Source of the DNA: a virus
Lineage: Duplodnaviria > Caudoviricetes
Reading direction: 5' to 3' (one strand)
Length of the DNA stretch: 29,185 nt
IMG/VR virus record: IMGVR_UViG_3300048998_000133
Coordinates: 1 to 29,185 of that record
Positions 1 through 9,108 of this stretch are shown piece after piece. The translations under genes and the position numbers were made by a program. Below the pieces are notes generated by a model that ran no database searches, was not told where the DNA came from, and worked only from the letters and a program-made list of their open reading frames with translations. Position 1 is the stretch's first letter, and every line of letters starts with the position of its first letter.

Positions 1-17
1 CCGAGTCCGCGATTCCC
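1..17 (+). repeat. Terminal direct repeat, left copy (CCGAGTCCGCGATTCCC)
   Basis: 16/17 identical to 29169-29185 (CCGAGTCCGCGATTACC). Confidence 0.85.
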
Positions 18-35
18 AGCCAGGCGAGTTAGCCG

Positions 36-293
36 ATGACCGAGTGGAAGATCGGCGTCTTTAGGCCGTTATTGCACGTCCCCACCGAGTTCGTCATCAA
101 CTTCCGAGGTGCCCGCATGGCCGCCGGTCTGTGCGGGTCCTTCGTCTACGTCGACCGAGACGTCACCCCTGACCTGCACATCGATGCGTGCCCCATCTGC
201 GTGGAGCGAGCCAAGAAATGCCCGAGCCAGAAGAGCAATCCCCCGAACAGCGACGGTTGGCCAACCGAGCTCAGGTCCATGTGCTCTTCATGA
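36..293 (+). CDS. Small Cys/His protein, possible zinc finger, in the operon divergent from the XRE-DUF5753 regulator
   Basis: 85 aa; H...GLCG...CPIC motif; ATGA overlap with next gene; contains a TTA codon at 69-71. Confidence 0.65.
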   Translation: MTEWKIGVFRPLLHVPTEFVINFRGARMAAGLCGSFVYVDRDVTPDLHIDACPICVERAKKCPSQKSNPPNSDGWPTELRSMCSS

Positions 294-436
294 TGGGGCT
301 GCTGTCCATCGGGGACACCGCCGGAGCCGAGGACTACCTCAAGGACGTCGAGCAACGCGACGGCGCTCAGATGGCCCGCAACGTCACAGACATGATCTCG
401 CTGACCCTGCACATCCCACCGCCGGAGCTCCGATGA
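290..436 (+). CDS. Small hypothetical protein (48 aa, MMGLLSIGD...)
   Basis: ATGA overlaps with both neighbours; start chosen inside the 188..436 ORF. Confidence 0.5.
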   Translation: MMGLLSIGDTAGAEDYLKDVEQRDGAQMARNVTDMISLTLHIPPPELR

Positions 437-690
437 GCGAGATCGAGGACCTCAGGGTCCGGCTGTTGCGGGTGACCGGTGACATGCCGGTGGCGATCAT
501 GCGCGAGGCAGACCAGAAGATCTCCGATGCCCTCAACGAGCTCTGGGACATGTGCCGGGGCGACAACCGCGAGGAGCTCACCACCATCGTGCGCGAACTG
601 GCCAACGTCGTCGGCGAGCACATCCAGAAGGGGTACTACGGGTTGGAGGGCATCCAGTCCCAGTTGGAGGGCTACGCCGCCCGGCTGTAG
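433..690 (+). CDS. Hypothetical helical protein (85 aa, MSEIEDLRVRLL...)
   Basis: ATGA overlap at 433-436; amphipathic helical composition; ends just before a terminator; C-terminal part of the 109..690 ORF. Confidence 0.7.
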   Translation: MSEIEDLRVRLLRVTGDMPVAIMREADQKISDALNELWDMCRGDNREELTTIVRELANVVGEHIQKGYYGLEGIQSQLEGYAARL

Positions 691-704
691 CGGAAGACGC
701 GAAA

Positions 705-742
705 AAGCCCCCTCCACCGCCGTGAGGCAGTAGAGGGGGCTT
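705..742. terminator. Probable bidirectional intrinsic terminator
   Basis: AAGCCCCCTC...GAGGGGGCTT stem between convergent genes, A-run on the left. Confidence 0.8.
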
Positions 743-749
743 CTGCTCA

Positions 750-1217
750 TCATGGGCCGAACACGATCGCGGTCCAGCGTGTGGACTGCCCCGTCTGAAT
801 GTTGCCGGTCGGTCCAGGCCCGAAGTAAGACCCACGCAATTTGATGGTATGGCTTCCGGCCAGAGGGAGAATGGGACTCCATTGCTGACCGATTGTACCC
901 CTAACCCCATTGAAATGCGCTTCAGCTGTGCCACCCAAGCTGACCCCATCAACCAGAGCCACACCGATGAAATTGGCACCCGTGACGCCGACGTCCACAT
1001 TGTTAGTGAAAGAGATGTCAAAGAACGCGGTGACAAGCACCTTGGTGTTCGAGTACTGCGTGGTAAACGTCAGCGACGTGCCCGTGAGGTCAGTAGGTGT
1101 GACGGTCATGTTCTGAGGGAACGATGTCTGCGACGCCCCGATGAACTGGAATGAAGTAGAGCCGATCTGATCGGCCTCCGATGCCGCGAACTTTTGCCCC
1201 GCGTGAAATGTCATCAA
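750..1217 (-). CDS. Minor tail / tail-tip protein, last gene of the late operon
   Basis: 155 aa, Thr/Gly-rich beta composition; F-x-AGQK N-terminus of the kind seen in actinophage tail proteins; position. Confidence 0.6.
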   Translation of the reverse strand: MMTFHAGQKFAASEADQIGSTSFQFIGASQTSFPQNMTVTPTDLTGTSLTFTTQYSNTKVLVTAFFDISFTNNVDVGVTGANFIGVALVDGVSLGGTAEAHFNGVRGTIGQQWSPILPLAGSHTIKLRGSYFGPGPTGNIQTGQSTRWTAIVFGP

Positions 1218-1223
1218 TGCCCC

Positions 1224-3545
1224 CTACAAACTCAGGACCGTCGGTCGCCACACGGACACCGAGACTCCGGCAGCGAGTGTCTTCGTCACGGTGGAGGAGT
1301 CGACCGTGAAAATCTGTGTTGTGCCCGAACCGGTGATGTTGGTGACACTCACCACGATGCCGTCAATGTCGACCAGGAGTGGGAAGTCATCCGAGTCCGT
1401 TGTCCAGTTTGGACCGGATGCTGTCGTCACCGAGATGCTGGCGGCACCGATATCAGCATTCATCGCCACAACGCTGTCGTCGGTGTCCAACCGCATGACG
1501 AACTCGCCGGTGTCGCCGCTGTCAGCAGCCAGCACACCCACTCGCCAGGGATCATAGGAGGAGCAGTTCGCGGCCACACTTACCACGAACTTATTGATGT
1601 TCCATGTCATACCTTGAATGAGTAGAGAGATGGTCTGCGCAGGCATCTGGGTGTAGGCGTTTTCGATGTTGGTGATGTCGACGCGACCCAGAATCCCCAT
1701 GTTCAGCCAGCTGTCCAGCAAATGTGGCGAGTGATGGAACGCCAGATTCAGCGACGGATAGCGGTAGCCCTGCACCGTATTCTCGTGCACACGCCAGGAC
1801 GCCCTCTCCTGGAGACCCTTGATTCCGTAGGCACCCCCCAGGCTGCCCACCTCATTGGAGTTCAGGTTGACCGTGGCCGAGTCCTCGAACAGACCGACCA
1901 TGTTGGTGCCCAGCGGGCCATCGGTATCCTCGAAGACCACAGAGGAGCCGTTGCGCTGCTGGATGGTCCATCGGTTGCGCAGTAGCTGGTCATCGTCGGC
2001 CGGATCGAACGATGGCGCGATGTCGCTGCTCGTGGCATCAATGGTGAGGCTGGCAGACTGGTTCTCCAGGTACGTGCGCGAAAAGAAGCTCAGCGAGCCG
2101 TTGAGGCCGTCAAATAAAACACCTGGCTCAGTCTGCTCGCATTCACGCAGCAGGTTCACCACGGTGTCAATGCGCTGCGGCCCCATGAAGACCGAAGTGA
2201 CAAGGCCATCGCTGGAGTAGGCCACCGGATCGATATTGACCAGACCAAGTAGGCGCGTCGCTCGGTCCTCGGCCGTCTCGCCATCGAAGGCGGACAACGG
2301 CTGGATCATGTCGAAGATGTCGGTGACCTGGTTCTGCACCGAAAGGTGCCCGATCGCCACGCTGGTGTTCACGTTCGCTGGCAGCAGCTGGACCGAGGTG
2401 ACGTTGCCGATGTTCCCCGTCACGGAGAAGGTGTTCTCCGCCGGCTCAAAGTCGCCTGGCCCCATCGTGGACAGCGTCCCGCTGGTGTTCGAGCCGTTCG
2501 CCGCCATCCGAACCTGAACCAGCAGGTTGAGTCCGTTGAGGATGTATCCCAGCGGCCCGGTGTCGGTCAGCACGGTGCCGGCGGGGTCGTACGCCTTCAC
2601 GCCGAGGCTGCCCCCGGTGTAGTAGATCAACTCCCAGGACCTGATGTCGCCCGTGGACCACGCCCGCATCACCACGGTGCCGTCCGGCAGGGCGCTGGAC
2701 GCCTGCGGCCACGCCACGAGCATCCGGACCTGAGCGGTGTTCGTCGTGCCGACCGGCAGCGGGACATCGGCGTAGGCCATGCCGTTGAAGACCGGGATCG
2801 AGTCCGAGCACAGGAACGAGCTGTTCTGGTGCAAGGAGAACTTCGAGTTCGGCTGCACCACGTCGGTGCCCAGCGCGTACGTCATCAGCCTGCCGTCCGG
2901 CAGCGCCGAGGCGAGAGCTGGCGCGGAGGCGTCGTCCTCCATCGGCCAGTAGGCGAGAAGCCCTGCCACGGCTGGTGTGTAGTGCCGCATGGCGGACTGG
3001 ATCGGCTTGTTGCCCTGCCCGAGCCGGCGGAGCAAGCCGTTGGCGGTGACCTTGGTGATGGCGTACTCGCCCGTGACGTCCCAGCCCGGGTTGAAGCCGA
3101 CGGCGTTGCCCTCGAACAGCGTGAAGGGGATGCCGTCGAGCAGCAGCCGGATCCGGATCGGGGTGCTGCGCTTCACGTTGGGCCAGTTGGATCCCAGCGG
3201 CGACTGCGAGTACTTGTTCAGCCGATTGTCCAGCGTGAACTTGCACGAGGCCGGCGAGGCGGTGGAGTGCTCGTCGGTGCGCCCCACGGTGATGGAGAGG
3301 TTCTGGTTCGAGGCCACCTGAACGTCGGTGGTCACTTCCGACCATCCCCAGGTGGTGGAGCTCGCGTTCAGGTCCGCACCCCAAGCGATCTCCACCATGA
3401 GGTGCAGCGAGTCGCCGAACTGCTGCGTGAGGATCGGCACGCCACCGACCGCGCCAGCGCCCAGCATCGGCACGCTGGTGTCGTGCCTGCCCCTGAGAAG
3501 CCGCCTCTGGTCCTCGATCAGGGCCGGACGCATCTGCCTCCGCAC
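1224..3545 (-). CDS. Large minor tail protein (tail tip/hub, possible LamG-like beta domain)
   Basis: 773 aa downstream of tape measure; 'ITVGRTDE...FTLDN' and 'LLAYWPMED' motifs; GGAG-like RBS. Confidence 0.75.
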   Translation of the reverse strand: MRRQMRPALIEDQRRLLRGRHDTSVPMLGAGAVGGVPILTQQFGDSLHLMVEIAWGADLNASSTTWGWSEVTTDVQVASNQNLSITVGRTDEHSTASPASCKFTLDNRLNKYSQSPLGSNWPNVKRSTPIRIRLLLDGIPFTLFEGNAVGFNPGWDVTGEYAITKVTANGLLRRLGQGNKPIQSAMRHYTPAVAGLLAYWPMEDDASAPALASALPDGRLMTYALGTDVVQPNSKFSLHQNSSFLCSDSIPVFNGMAYADVPLPVGTTNTAQVRMLVAWPQASSALPDGTVVMRAWSTGDIRSWELIYYTGGSLGVKAYDPAGTVLTDTGPLGYILNGLNLLVQVRMAANGSNTSGTLSTMGPGDFEPAENTFSVTGNIGNVTSVQLLPANVNTSVAIGHLSVQNQVTDIFDMIQPLSAFDGETAEDRATRLLGLVNIDPVAYSSDGLVTSVFMGPQRIDTVVNLLRECEQTEPGVLFDGLNGSLSFFSRTYLENQSASLTIDATSSDIAPSFDPADDDQLLRNRWTIQQRNGSSVVFEDTDGPLGTNMVGLFEDSATVNLNSNEVGSLGGAYGIKGLQERASWRVHENTVQGYRYPSLNLAFHHSPHLLDSWLNMGILGRVDITNIENAYTQMPAQTISLLIQGMTWNINKFVVSVAANCSSYDPWRVGVLAADSGDTGEFVMRLDTDDSVVAMNADIGAASISVTTASGPNWTTDSDDFPLLVDIDGIVVSVTNITGSGTTQIFTVDSSTVTKTLAAGVSVSVWRPTVLSL

Positions 3546-3580
3546 AGTTCACCTCCTCTCGTTCCGGGGGATCTCAGGGC

Positions 3581-4102
3581 TCACTCGTCCCAGCAGACCC
3601 AGCAGCGCATGTCCACCGCGGTTGTCGGAGTGGTGGCGCGCACGCGCAGGAACTTCGAGACGTTGATGATCGGCCGCTCTGCCTCCAGGAACTGGAACGC
3701 GTACTGCATCACCGGAGCAGCCTCAGCGGACACCGAGGACATCGAGACCACGTCGAAAACCCGAGTCGCGGTGATGGTGCCCTCAGTCGGCGCGGTGCTG
3801 GCGTAACCAGTCCCTGACGTGCTCAGCGTCATCAGCGAGGCCGGCAGACCAGGCCACACCGGCTGGACGCCTGCGGCCACGTGCGCGGTCAGACCCGTGG
3901 CCGCCACGTCCGTCTCCAGCAGCTCGAAGGTCGCGTCAGCACCGGGCGGGTCGTCGACCGAGAAGCCCCACGACACGAGCTGGATCATGCGGGTGCTCGG
4001 CGTCGCGATCTGGAGCATGGTCTTGATGGCGGTGCCGGTGGTCACCTGCTGCTGCGCGGCGATAGTCGGAGCCGGTCCATTCCAGCACTTGTAGCGATGC
4101 AT
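3581..4102 (-). CDS. Virion structural protein of unknown function following tape measure
   Basis: 173 aa, AGGAG RBS, Thr/Ala-rich, position. Confidence 0.65.
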   Translation of the reverse strand: MHRYKCWNGPAPTIAAQQQVTTGTAIKTMLQIATPSTRMIQLVSWGFSVDDPPGADATFELLETDVAATGLTAHVAAGVQPVWPGLPASLMTLSTSGTGYASTAPTEGTITATRVFDVVSMSSVSAEAAPVMQYAFQFLEAERPIINVSKFLRVRATTPTTAVDMRCWVCWDE

Positions 4103-4111
4103 GGGGTTCTC

Positions 4112-6556
4112 CTAGTTGGCGATGTACTGCGAACGGATCTGGATCTGGCCCTCACGCATGAGCTGGTTGATCATCTTGGCGACAGCTTGGTCAGCTCCTG
4201 GACCCACGATCAGCTCCAGCTTCTGGATGCCGTTGCCCTGGCCGGCACCGGCCTGACGCAGGGCATCACCGACTCCGCTGTGTGGAATGACGGAGGAACC
4301 AGCTGGCACATCGATCAGCTCAGCGCCTTGCTCACCAACCACCGTGAGGTTGCCCGGCAACACCTTGCCGGTGGCAGCTGAGCCGATCACGCCACCGTGG
4401 GCGTTGTAGGGCCGCCCACCATTGATTGGCTTGACCGACGCGGTGTTGCCCTGAGCGTCGACCGTCACCACCGCGCGCATTCCATTGATGGTGCGGACCA
4501 GGTTGTTGGCGGCGTTCATCGCAGGCGTGGTGTTGGCGTCAATGTTGGTCATGATGTTGGCGGGCAACAGCTTGTACGTCGACAACAGGTTCCAGGCGGC
4601 GTCACGGCTCATTCCGGCCTTGACCATGGTGTTGACCAGCTGGTCGGCCATCGCGTTGAGCTGGTCGGTGATCTGCGACGCAGGCATGTGTGCGTCCGCA
4701 GCCGACTGGGCCCAGGTGACCATCGAGTCGCGGGATTGCTCCATCACCTGCCGGGTGTCACGCCCGCGCTCGGTGAGAGTGTTGAGCTCACCGTTGACAT
4801 TGAGCACGCCACCCTTGGCATTGGCCAGCTGCTGCACGAAGGCGTCGAGCTGCGAGTTGAACTGGTCCTGGGCGTCGTCGGCCTTCTCCAAGCCATGGTC
4901 CGACAACAGCTTCAAGGCGTCCTGGAGAGACTGGATGCGCTGCTGGGAGGTGGATGCGCTGGAGGATAAGACGTCCATGTCCATGGTCAGCTGAGCGGTG
5001 TTCGACGAAGCCGATTGAGCATCCCCGGCGTAGACCTGCGTCTTGCCGGTGAGTTGGTCGATGTTCATGGCTGCCGCGCCGAGACTGGCCGCGTAGTCGT
5101 TGTACGCCTTCAGCGAGTCGTCGACGACCTTCTTATTGTCCTGGATCGTCTGGCTGTTCTCGGCGATGGCGGTCGCGTTCGAGCCGGCCATCAGGCCGTA
5201 GGAGCTAGCGGTCTGGGTGCCTTGGACCTGGCTCTTCTCCAACTGGTCGATCTTGTCCTTGGCGTCCGATGCCTGGAAGCGCAGCTGGTTCAGCTGGGTG
5301 CTGGCGTCGCTGCCCGCCTTGCCGCCTTGAATCAGTTCTTGGGAGAGCTTGCTGATGGTGGCGGACAGTTCCTCACCATGCTGGGCATCGAGCTCCTCAG
5401 CGACGCCCACAGCGGTCAGCGCGATGCCGACCAGCGGCAGGGCGTTGCCGAGCTTGCCCATGGCGTTGCCGATGGTCGTGGTGGTCTGGCCGAACCGGGT
5501 TGCTGGGTCGCCTGCGTCCTGGAGCTTCTTGGAGACGCTGTTGAGCGGGCCTTCGAGGGTGCCCAGCAGGCGCACGTTGGTGTAGGCCGATAGAGCAGCG
5601 GAACCAACCGCGCCAAGCACAGGTGCTGCTGGCTGCAACACGGTCAGGAATTGCGAGATCAGCTTGATCTCACCGCCGAAGGCGGTGCCGAGTACCGGGA
5701 GTGCTCCAGTAGCGAGGCCGGTGATAGCTCCACCTGTTGAGCTGACGAGCTGGGTCACCTCGGCCGAGTGCTGCGCCCACAGATCGGTGAGGTGACCAAT
5801 CAAGGGCGCAGCCGTGCCAAGCAGGATCTGGTAGTCCTTGCCCAGGCCCTGGATGGCGACACCTGCCGTGCCGGAGTGCTGGCTCAGGGTGTCCAGAGCG
5901 TCTCCGGTGCCCTTGCCCATGTCGCCAGCCGCGACCTTGATTCCTTGGAAGAGCGGAGCCAGTTGGCTGGAGGCTCTCACCACCCCAGGCATCGCCTGGT
6001 CGGCAAAGGACACCGCTGAGGCCGCAAGGGTGTCGAAGTTGGTGGAGGCGTTGTGAAGCGCCTGATCGATCTCCGGAGCCAGGTGATCGAACCCGACCTG
6101 GATACGAGCAAGGCCCTGGTCGACGGGGGCAGCGAGACCGGTCGCCCAGTCCTTCGCCTTGGCGGCGATGTCCTGGCCCATCATGGATAGCCGGGTCTGA
6201 ACCTGCGTGTCCATACGAGCCACGGCGAAGACCGCGCCCTCAAGCCCAAGAGCGAGACCGCTGGTGATCGAGACACCTGCGGCCATGCCAGCGGCAGGAG
6301 CTCCGATCTCCAGCAGGGCCTGCCAGCCGAGTCCGCCAGCCATCTCGCTCTTGGCGGACTCCTTGGCCTTCTGGCTGGTCTTCTTGCCCGACTCCTTGCC
6401 GGCCTTCTCGCTGCCCTTGCTGGTCTCCTTCTCCAGTTCCTCGGAGAACTGCTTGCCGGCCTCCTTGCCGGTGACGCCGAAGCCGTTGCGGATGACCTGC
6501 TGAGTGCCCTTGGTGTCGTCCTGGGAGGTGACCTTTATCTTGACTTCACTCATCAT
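4112..6556 (-). CDS. Tape measure protein
   Basis: 814 aa, Ala/Gly/Gln-rich helical with hydrophobic stretches; C-terminal 'VVGEQGAEL' motif; follows the chaperone genes. Confidence 0.9.
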   Translation of the reverse strand: MMSEVKIKVTSQDDTKGTQQVIRNGFGVTGKEAGKQFSEELEKETSKGSEKAGKESGKKTSQKAKESAKSEMAGGLGWQALLEIGAPAAGMAAGVSITSGLALGLEGAVFAVARMDTQVQTRLSMMGQDIAAKAKDWATGLAAPVDQGLARIQVGFDHLAPEIDQALHNASTNFDTLAASAVSFADQAMPGVVRASSQLAPLFQGIKVAAGDMGKGTGDALDTLSQHSGTAGVAIQGLGKDYQILLGTAAPLIGHLTDLWAQHSAEVTQLVSSTGGAITGLATGALPVLGTAFGGEIKLISQFLTVLQPAAPVLGAVGSAALSAYTNVRLLGTLEGPLNSVSKKLQDAGDPATRFGQTTTTIGNAMGKLGNALPLVGIALTAVGVAEELDAQHGEELSATISKLSQELIQGGKAGSDASTQLNQLRFQASDAKDKIDQLEKSQVQGTQTASSYGLMAGSNATAIAENSQTIQDNKKVVDDSLKAYNDYAASLGAAAMNIDQLTGKTQVYAGDAQSASSNTAQLTMDMDVLSSSASTSQQRIQSLQDALKLLSDHGLEKADDAQDQFNSQLDAFVQQLANAKGGVLNVNGELNTLTERGRDTRQVMEQSRDSMVTWAQSAADAHMPASQITDQLNAMADQLVNTMVKAGMSRDAAWNLLSTYKLLPANIMTNIDANTTPAMNAANNLVRTINGMRAVVTVDAQGNTASVKPINGGRPYNAHGGVIGSAATGKVLPGNLTVVGEQGAELIDVPAGSSVIPHSGVGDALRQAGAGQGNGIQKLELIVGPGADQAVAKMINQLMREGQIQIRSQYIAN

Positions 6557-6765
6557 TCATCACCTCCAAGTTGAACAATCCTCAGTAACCGCAACAGCTC
6601 AGCGTCTTCATCCAGCAGTTCACACAGCCGGTACCCTGGGAATCGGTCAAGGAGTCGAAGCACGTTCTGGGCGTAGATCAGCTCGCGAGGCTTTGTGACG
6701 GGGGTTCCATCGGAATCGATGCCTCCACCGACGGATCTCCACCTGGCGAGCCGCTCTCCAAAGGG
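6553..6765 (-). CDS. Tail assembly chaperone, -1 frameshift extension (gpGT-like C-terminus)
   Basis: Open -1 frame starting at slippery C CCT TTG (6765-6759) and ending in an ATGA overlap with tape measure. Confidence 0.75.
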   Translation of the reverse strand, partial: PFGERLARWRSVGGGIDSDGTPVTKPRELIYAQNVLRLLDRFPGYRLCELLDEDAELLRLLRIVQLGGDE

Positions 6766-7103
6766 CGGGACACCGCCGAGGTCTCGAAGAGCCACGACCG
6801 CACGATCCGCAGACCGAAGTCCTGATCCAGCGACTGGAGCCCCTCTAGCGTGGTCGGCACCGGCTGATCGTCCTCATCCTCGATGTTCCAGGAGACCAAC
6901 CGGGTGAGGAACAGCTCGTACAGCTCCATGAGCTTGGCGACGCGCTGCTCCTCGGTCAGCTCGTCTTCGTACATCCAGGACAGGTCCATGTTCCGGAGGG
7001 CTTCACCAACCGTTGGGGGCCTGACCTTCACAACCAGGTCCTCGTAGTCAGTCTCGTCCTGGAACTCCAGGACGTATGTGCGCTTGGGCTTCTTGAATCC
7101 CAT
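6678..7103 (-). CDS. Tail assembly chaperone (gpG-like)
   Basis: 141 aa acidic protein, 'LVSWNIEDEDDQPVPTT' motif, between tail tube and tape measure. Confidence 0.8.
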   Translation of the reverse strand: MGFKKPKRTYVLEFQDETDYEDLVVKVRPPTVGEALRNMDLSWMYEDELTEEQRVAKLMELYELFLTRLVSWNIEDEDDQPVPTTLEGLQSLDQDFGLRIVRSWLFETSAVSRPLESGSPGGDPSVEASIPMEPPSQSLAS

Positions 7104-7106
7104 GAC

Positions 7107-7526
7107 TCACGTCCAGGTCGGAACGTTGCCGTCGGCCAGGATGCCGGGCGCGGTCCAGGTGAGCTTGCCGGTGTTGTCGCGCTTGACCTGGTAGTCCGAG
7201 TAGAGGCACTCGTTGGCCAGGGTGCTGGTCACCGAGGTCGGCCCCGTGATCGCCAGGGTGGTGGTGCGGTTGACCGAAGTGGACGGCACGGTCTTCAGCA
7301 CGTCGTGCGACTTGTTGGCGGCGTTGTTGAAGATGCCGTTCAGCGAGATGCTGAAGTCCGCCAAGGTGAGGATGCGCTCCATGGCGTACTTGTCGACACC
7401 GGTCGTCTCCTCGACGGCGCGCGGCATCGCGTAGTTGAAGTCGGTGACGTCGTTGCTGATGTCTCGCGCGGTGCCGCCAGCGTCATCGACGTTGATGGAG
7501 TACCCGAGACCACTCTGCTTGGCCAT
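7107..7526 (-). CDS. Major tail (tube) protein
   Basis: 139 aa directly upstream of the chaperone; MAKQSGLG start; tube-like composition. Confidence 0.75.
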   Translation of the reverse strand: MAKQSGLGYSINVDDAGGTARDISNDVTDFNYAMPRAVEETTGVDKYAMERILTLADFSISLNGIFNNAANKSHDVLKTVPSTSVNRTTTLAITGPTSVTSTLANECLYSDYQVKRDNTGKLTWTAPGILADGNVPTWT

Positions 7527-7531
7527 GTTGG

Positions 7532-7951
7532 TCAGCCCTTCTCGATCGTGCGCAGGACCTTGTCCTGGTGGGTGTGGAGGTCATCCGCCCAGCTCTGTGC
7601 CGAGGTGTGCTGGAACTGGCGGGTGCGGGAATGCACCAGGAACAGCGGGTTCTTCCCCACGTTCGTCTTGTGCTCCATGAAGCACCGCTGTCCGGCCTCG
7701 AACGAGAACACCGTGATGGTGCCGCCCGGGTTGCGGTCCTCGGTGAACTTCCGGCCGGACTGGGTTCGGATGTAGTGCGCCTGACGCTGGCCGAGCTCGG
7801 TCGACTCATCGATCAGCGACTGCCAGCCGAACTCCTGGTGCTCGCAGTCCGCTTCCTCGCAAGAGATGCGACGGAAGTGCGTGTCCTCCGGATTGACGAT
7901 TCGATAGGAGACCTGGTCATTGTCCAGCGCGCTGGCAAGAACAGGGATCAT
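7532..7951 (-). CDS. Hypothetical phage protein with Cys/His residues (139 aa, MIPVLASALD...)
   Basis: ATGA overlap at 7951; CxxxxC and C..H motifs; C-terminal part of the 7532..8221 ORF. Confidence 0.7.
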   Translation of the reverse strand: MIPVLASALDNDQVSYRIVNPEDTHFRRISCEEADCEHQEFGWQSLIDESTELGQRQAHYIRTQSGRKFTEDRNPGGTITVFSFEAGQRCFMEHKTNVGKNPLFLVHSRTRQFQHTSAQSWADDLHTHQDKVLRTIEKG

Positions 7952-8703
7952 CAGAACACCACCTTGACCGTGTTGCGGGTGAAGGAGACGGCGAACGTCG
8001 CCGAGGTGAAGCCAGCTGTGGTGACCGTGACTGCGCGGATGTATCGGCGCACCACAGCGGTGCCGCCGACGGCGAGGCGTTGTCCGCGTGGCGTGGTCGT
8101 GGTGATCTGCGTGAACGCCCCAGACGCGAGGTCGGTGAACGAGCTGTTGTCCGCGCTGTCCTGCAACTTCACCGTGACGTCCGTGCCGGAGAAGGCGTTG
8201 AGGTGGAGGTATGCCTGCCATCCGAACGCGGTGGACACGGTGATCTGGTCGACCGACGTTCCGTTGGTGGCCGCCGTGTCCGTCCGCATTCCTGCGGTGA
8301 GCTGGATGGCCCAGTCCAAGCCGTACTGGTTGGCCTGGCCCGCGATGGAGACGGCTAGGTTGCCGACACCGTCGCGCTTGGGGTCGTAGCCGATCTGCTT
8401 GGCCACGATGTTGGCGGACGGGTTGCCCAGCGTGGTGCCTCGGCAGTAGGTCATCACCCTGTCTGCTGTCGGCAGCGTGGACAACGTCGGATGCGCAGCC
8501 CCCACAGCGTTGTCGAAGAACGAGGTGTAGTTGATGTCCCCGTCACGGAGACCACCGATGCGCTCCATACCGAAGCTCTTGATCGAGGTGACGTCGAGCA
8601 TCGCCGGCCCACCACCAGCCTGGTCGATCGCCGAGATGTCGCCACTCAGGTCGATGCCGTCGACGTAAAGGTTGTCGCCGAGACCGCTCTGCTTGCCTGC
8701 CAT
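7951..8703 (-). CDS. Second tail-tube-like protein with extra C-terminal beta domain
   Basis: 250 aa; N-terminal half aligns by eye with 7107..7526 (KQSGLG, D.S.D, MERI..L.D); strong AGGAGG RBS. Confidence 0.65.
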   Translation of the reverse strand: MAGKQSGLGDNLYVDGIDLSGDISAIDQAGGGPAMLDVTSIKSFGMERIGGLRDGDINYTSFFDNAVGAAHPTLSTLPTADRVMTYCRGTTLGNPSANIVAKQIGYDPKRDGVGNLAVSIAGQANQYGLDWAIQLTAGMRTDTAATNGTSVDQITVSTAFGWQAYLHLNAFSGTDVTVKLQDSADNSSFTDLASGAFTQITTTTPRGQRLAVGGTAVVRRYIRAVTVTTAGFTSATFAVSFTRNTVKVVF

Positions 8704-8721
8704 TGCGCCTCCTTTCCTGGA

Positions 8722-9108
8722 TCAGCTGTTCATCTCGCGGACGAAGGCGTCCACAGCGGCTTGTGCGTACTTGTCGGAGTCACGGTCGAGCTGCTGCACA
8801 GAGCGGCGGATCGAGGCGTACCCCTTGAAGCGAGTCGTCTCGTTGCGGGAACCGGTGCCCTCCAGCCATGGGCCGTAGGTGGCGTTGTCGTCGTAGACGT
8901 CAGTTCCCTGCGAGGTTGCCCGGTCAGCCTTCACGTGCCTGGAGGCGTAGCCAGGGCCATCGACGTGAATGGAGGCGGACATGTTGCCGCGCACGATCTC
9001 CACGCCATGGTGGGCGACGTCGTCTTCGATCTGCCGGTCCATGTGAGCAGAGGCCGCGTCGTAGCGGCTGTCGAAGTAGGGACCGATGAATTCGACGGTG
9101 TCAGGCAT
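8722..9108 (-). CDS. Neck / tail-completion protein (HK97 gp10-like position)
   Basis: 128 aa; 'YGPWLEGTGSRN.TTRFKGY' resembles the YxxxxExGT motif; position. Confidence 0.6.
   Translation of the reverse strand: MPDTVEFIGPYFDSRYDAASAHMDRQIEDDVAHHGVEIVRGNMSASIHVDGPGYASRHVKADRATSQGTDVYDDNATYGPWLEGTGSRNETTRFKGYASIRRSVQQLDRDSDKYAQAAVDAFVREMNS

Noticed and set aside
750-3545. Diversity-generating retroelement acting on tail genes
   Set aside because: No reverse transcriptase and no template/variable repeat pair seen
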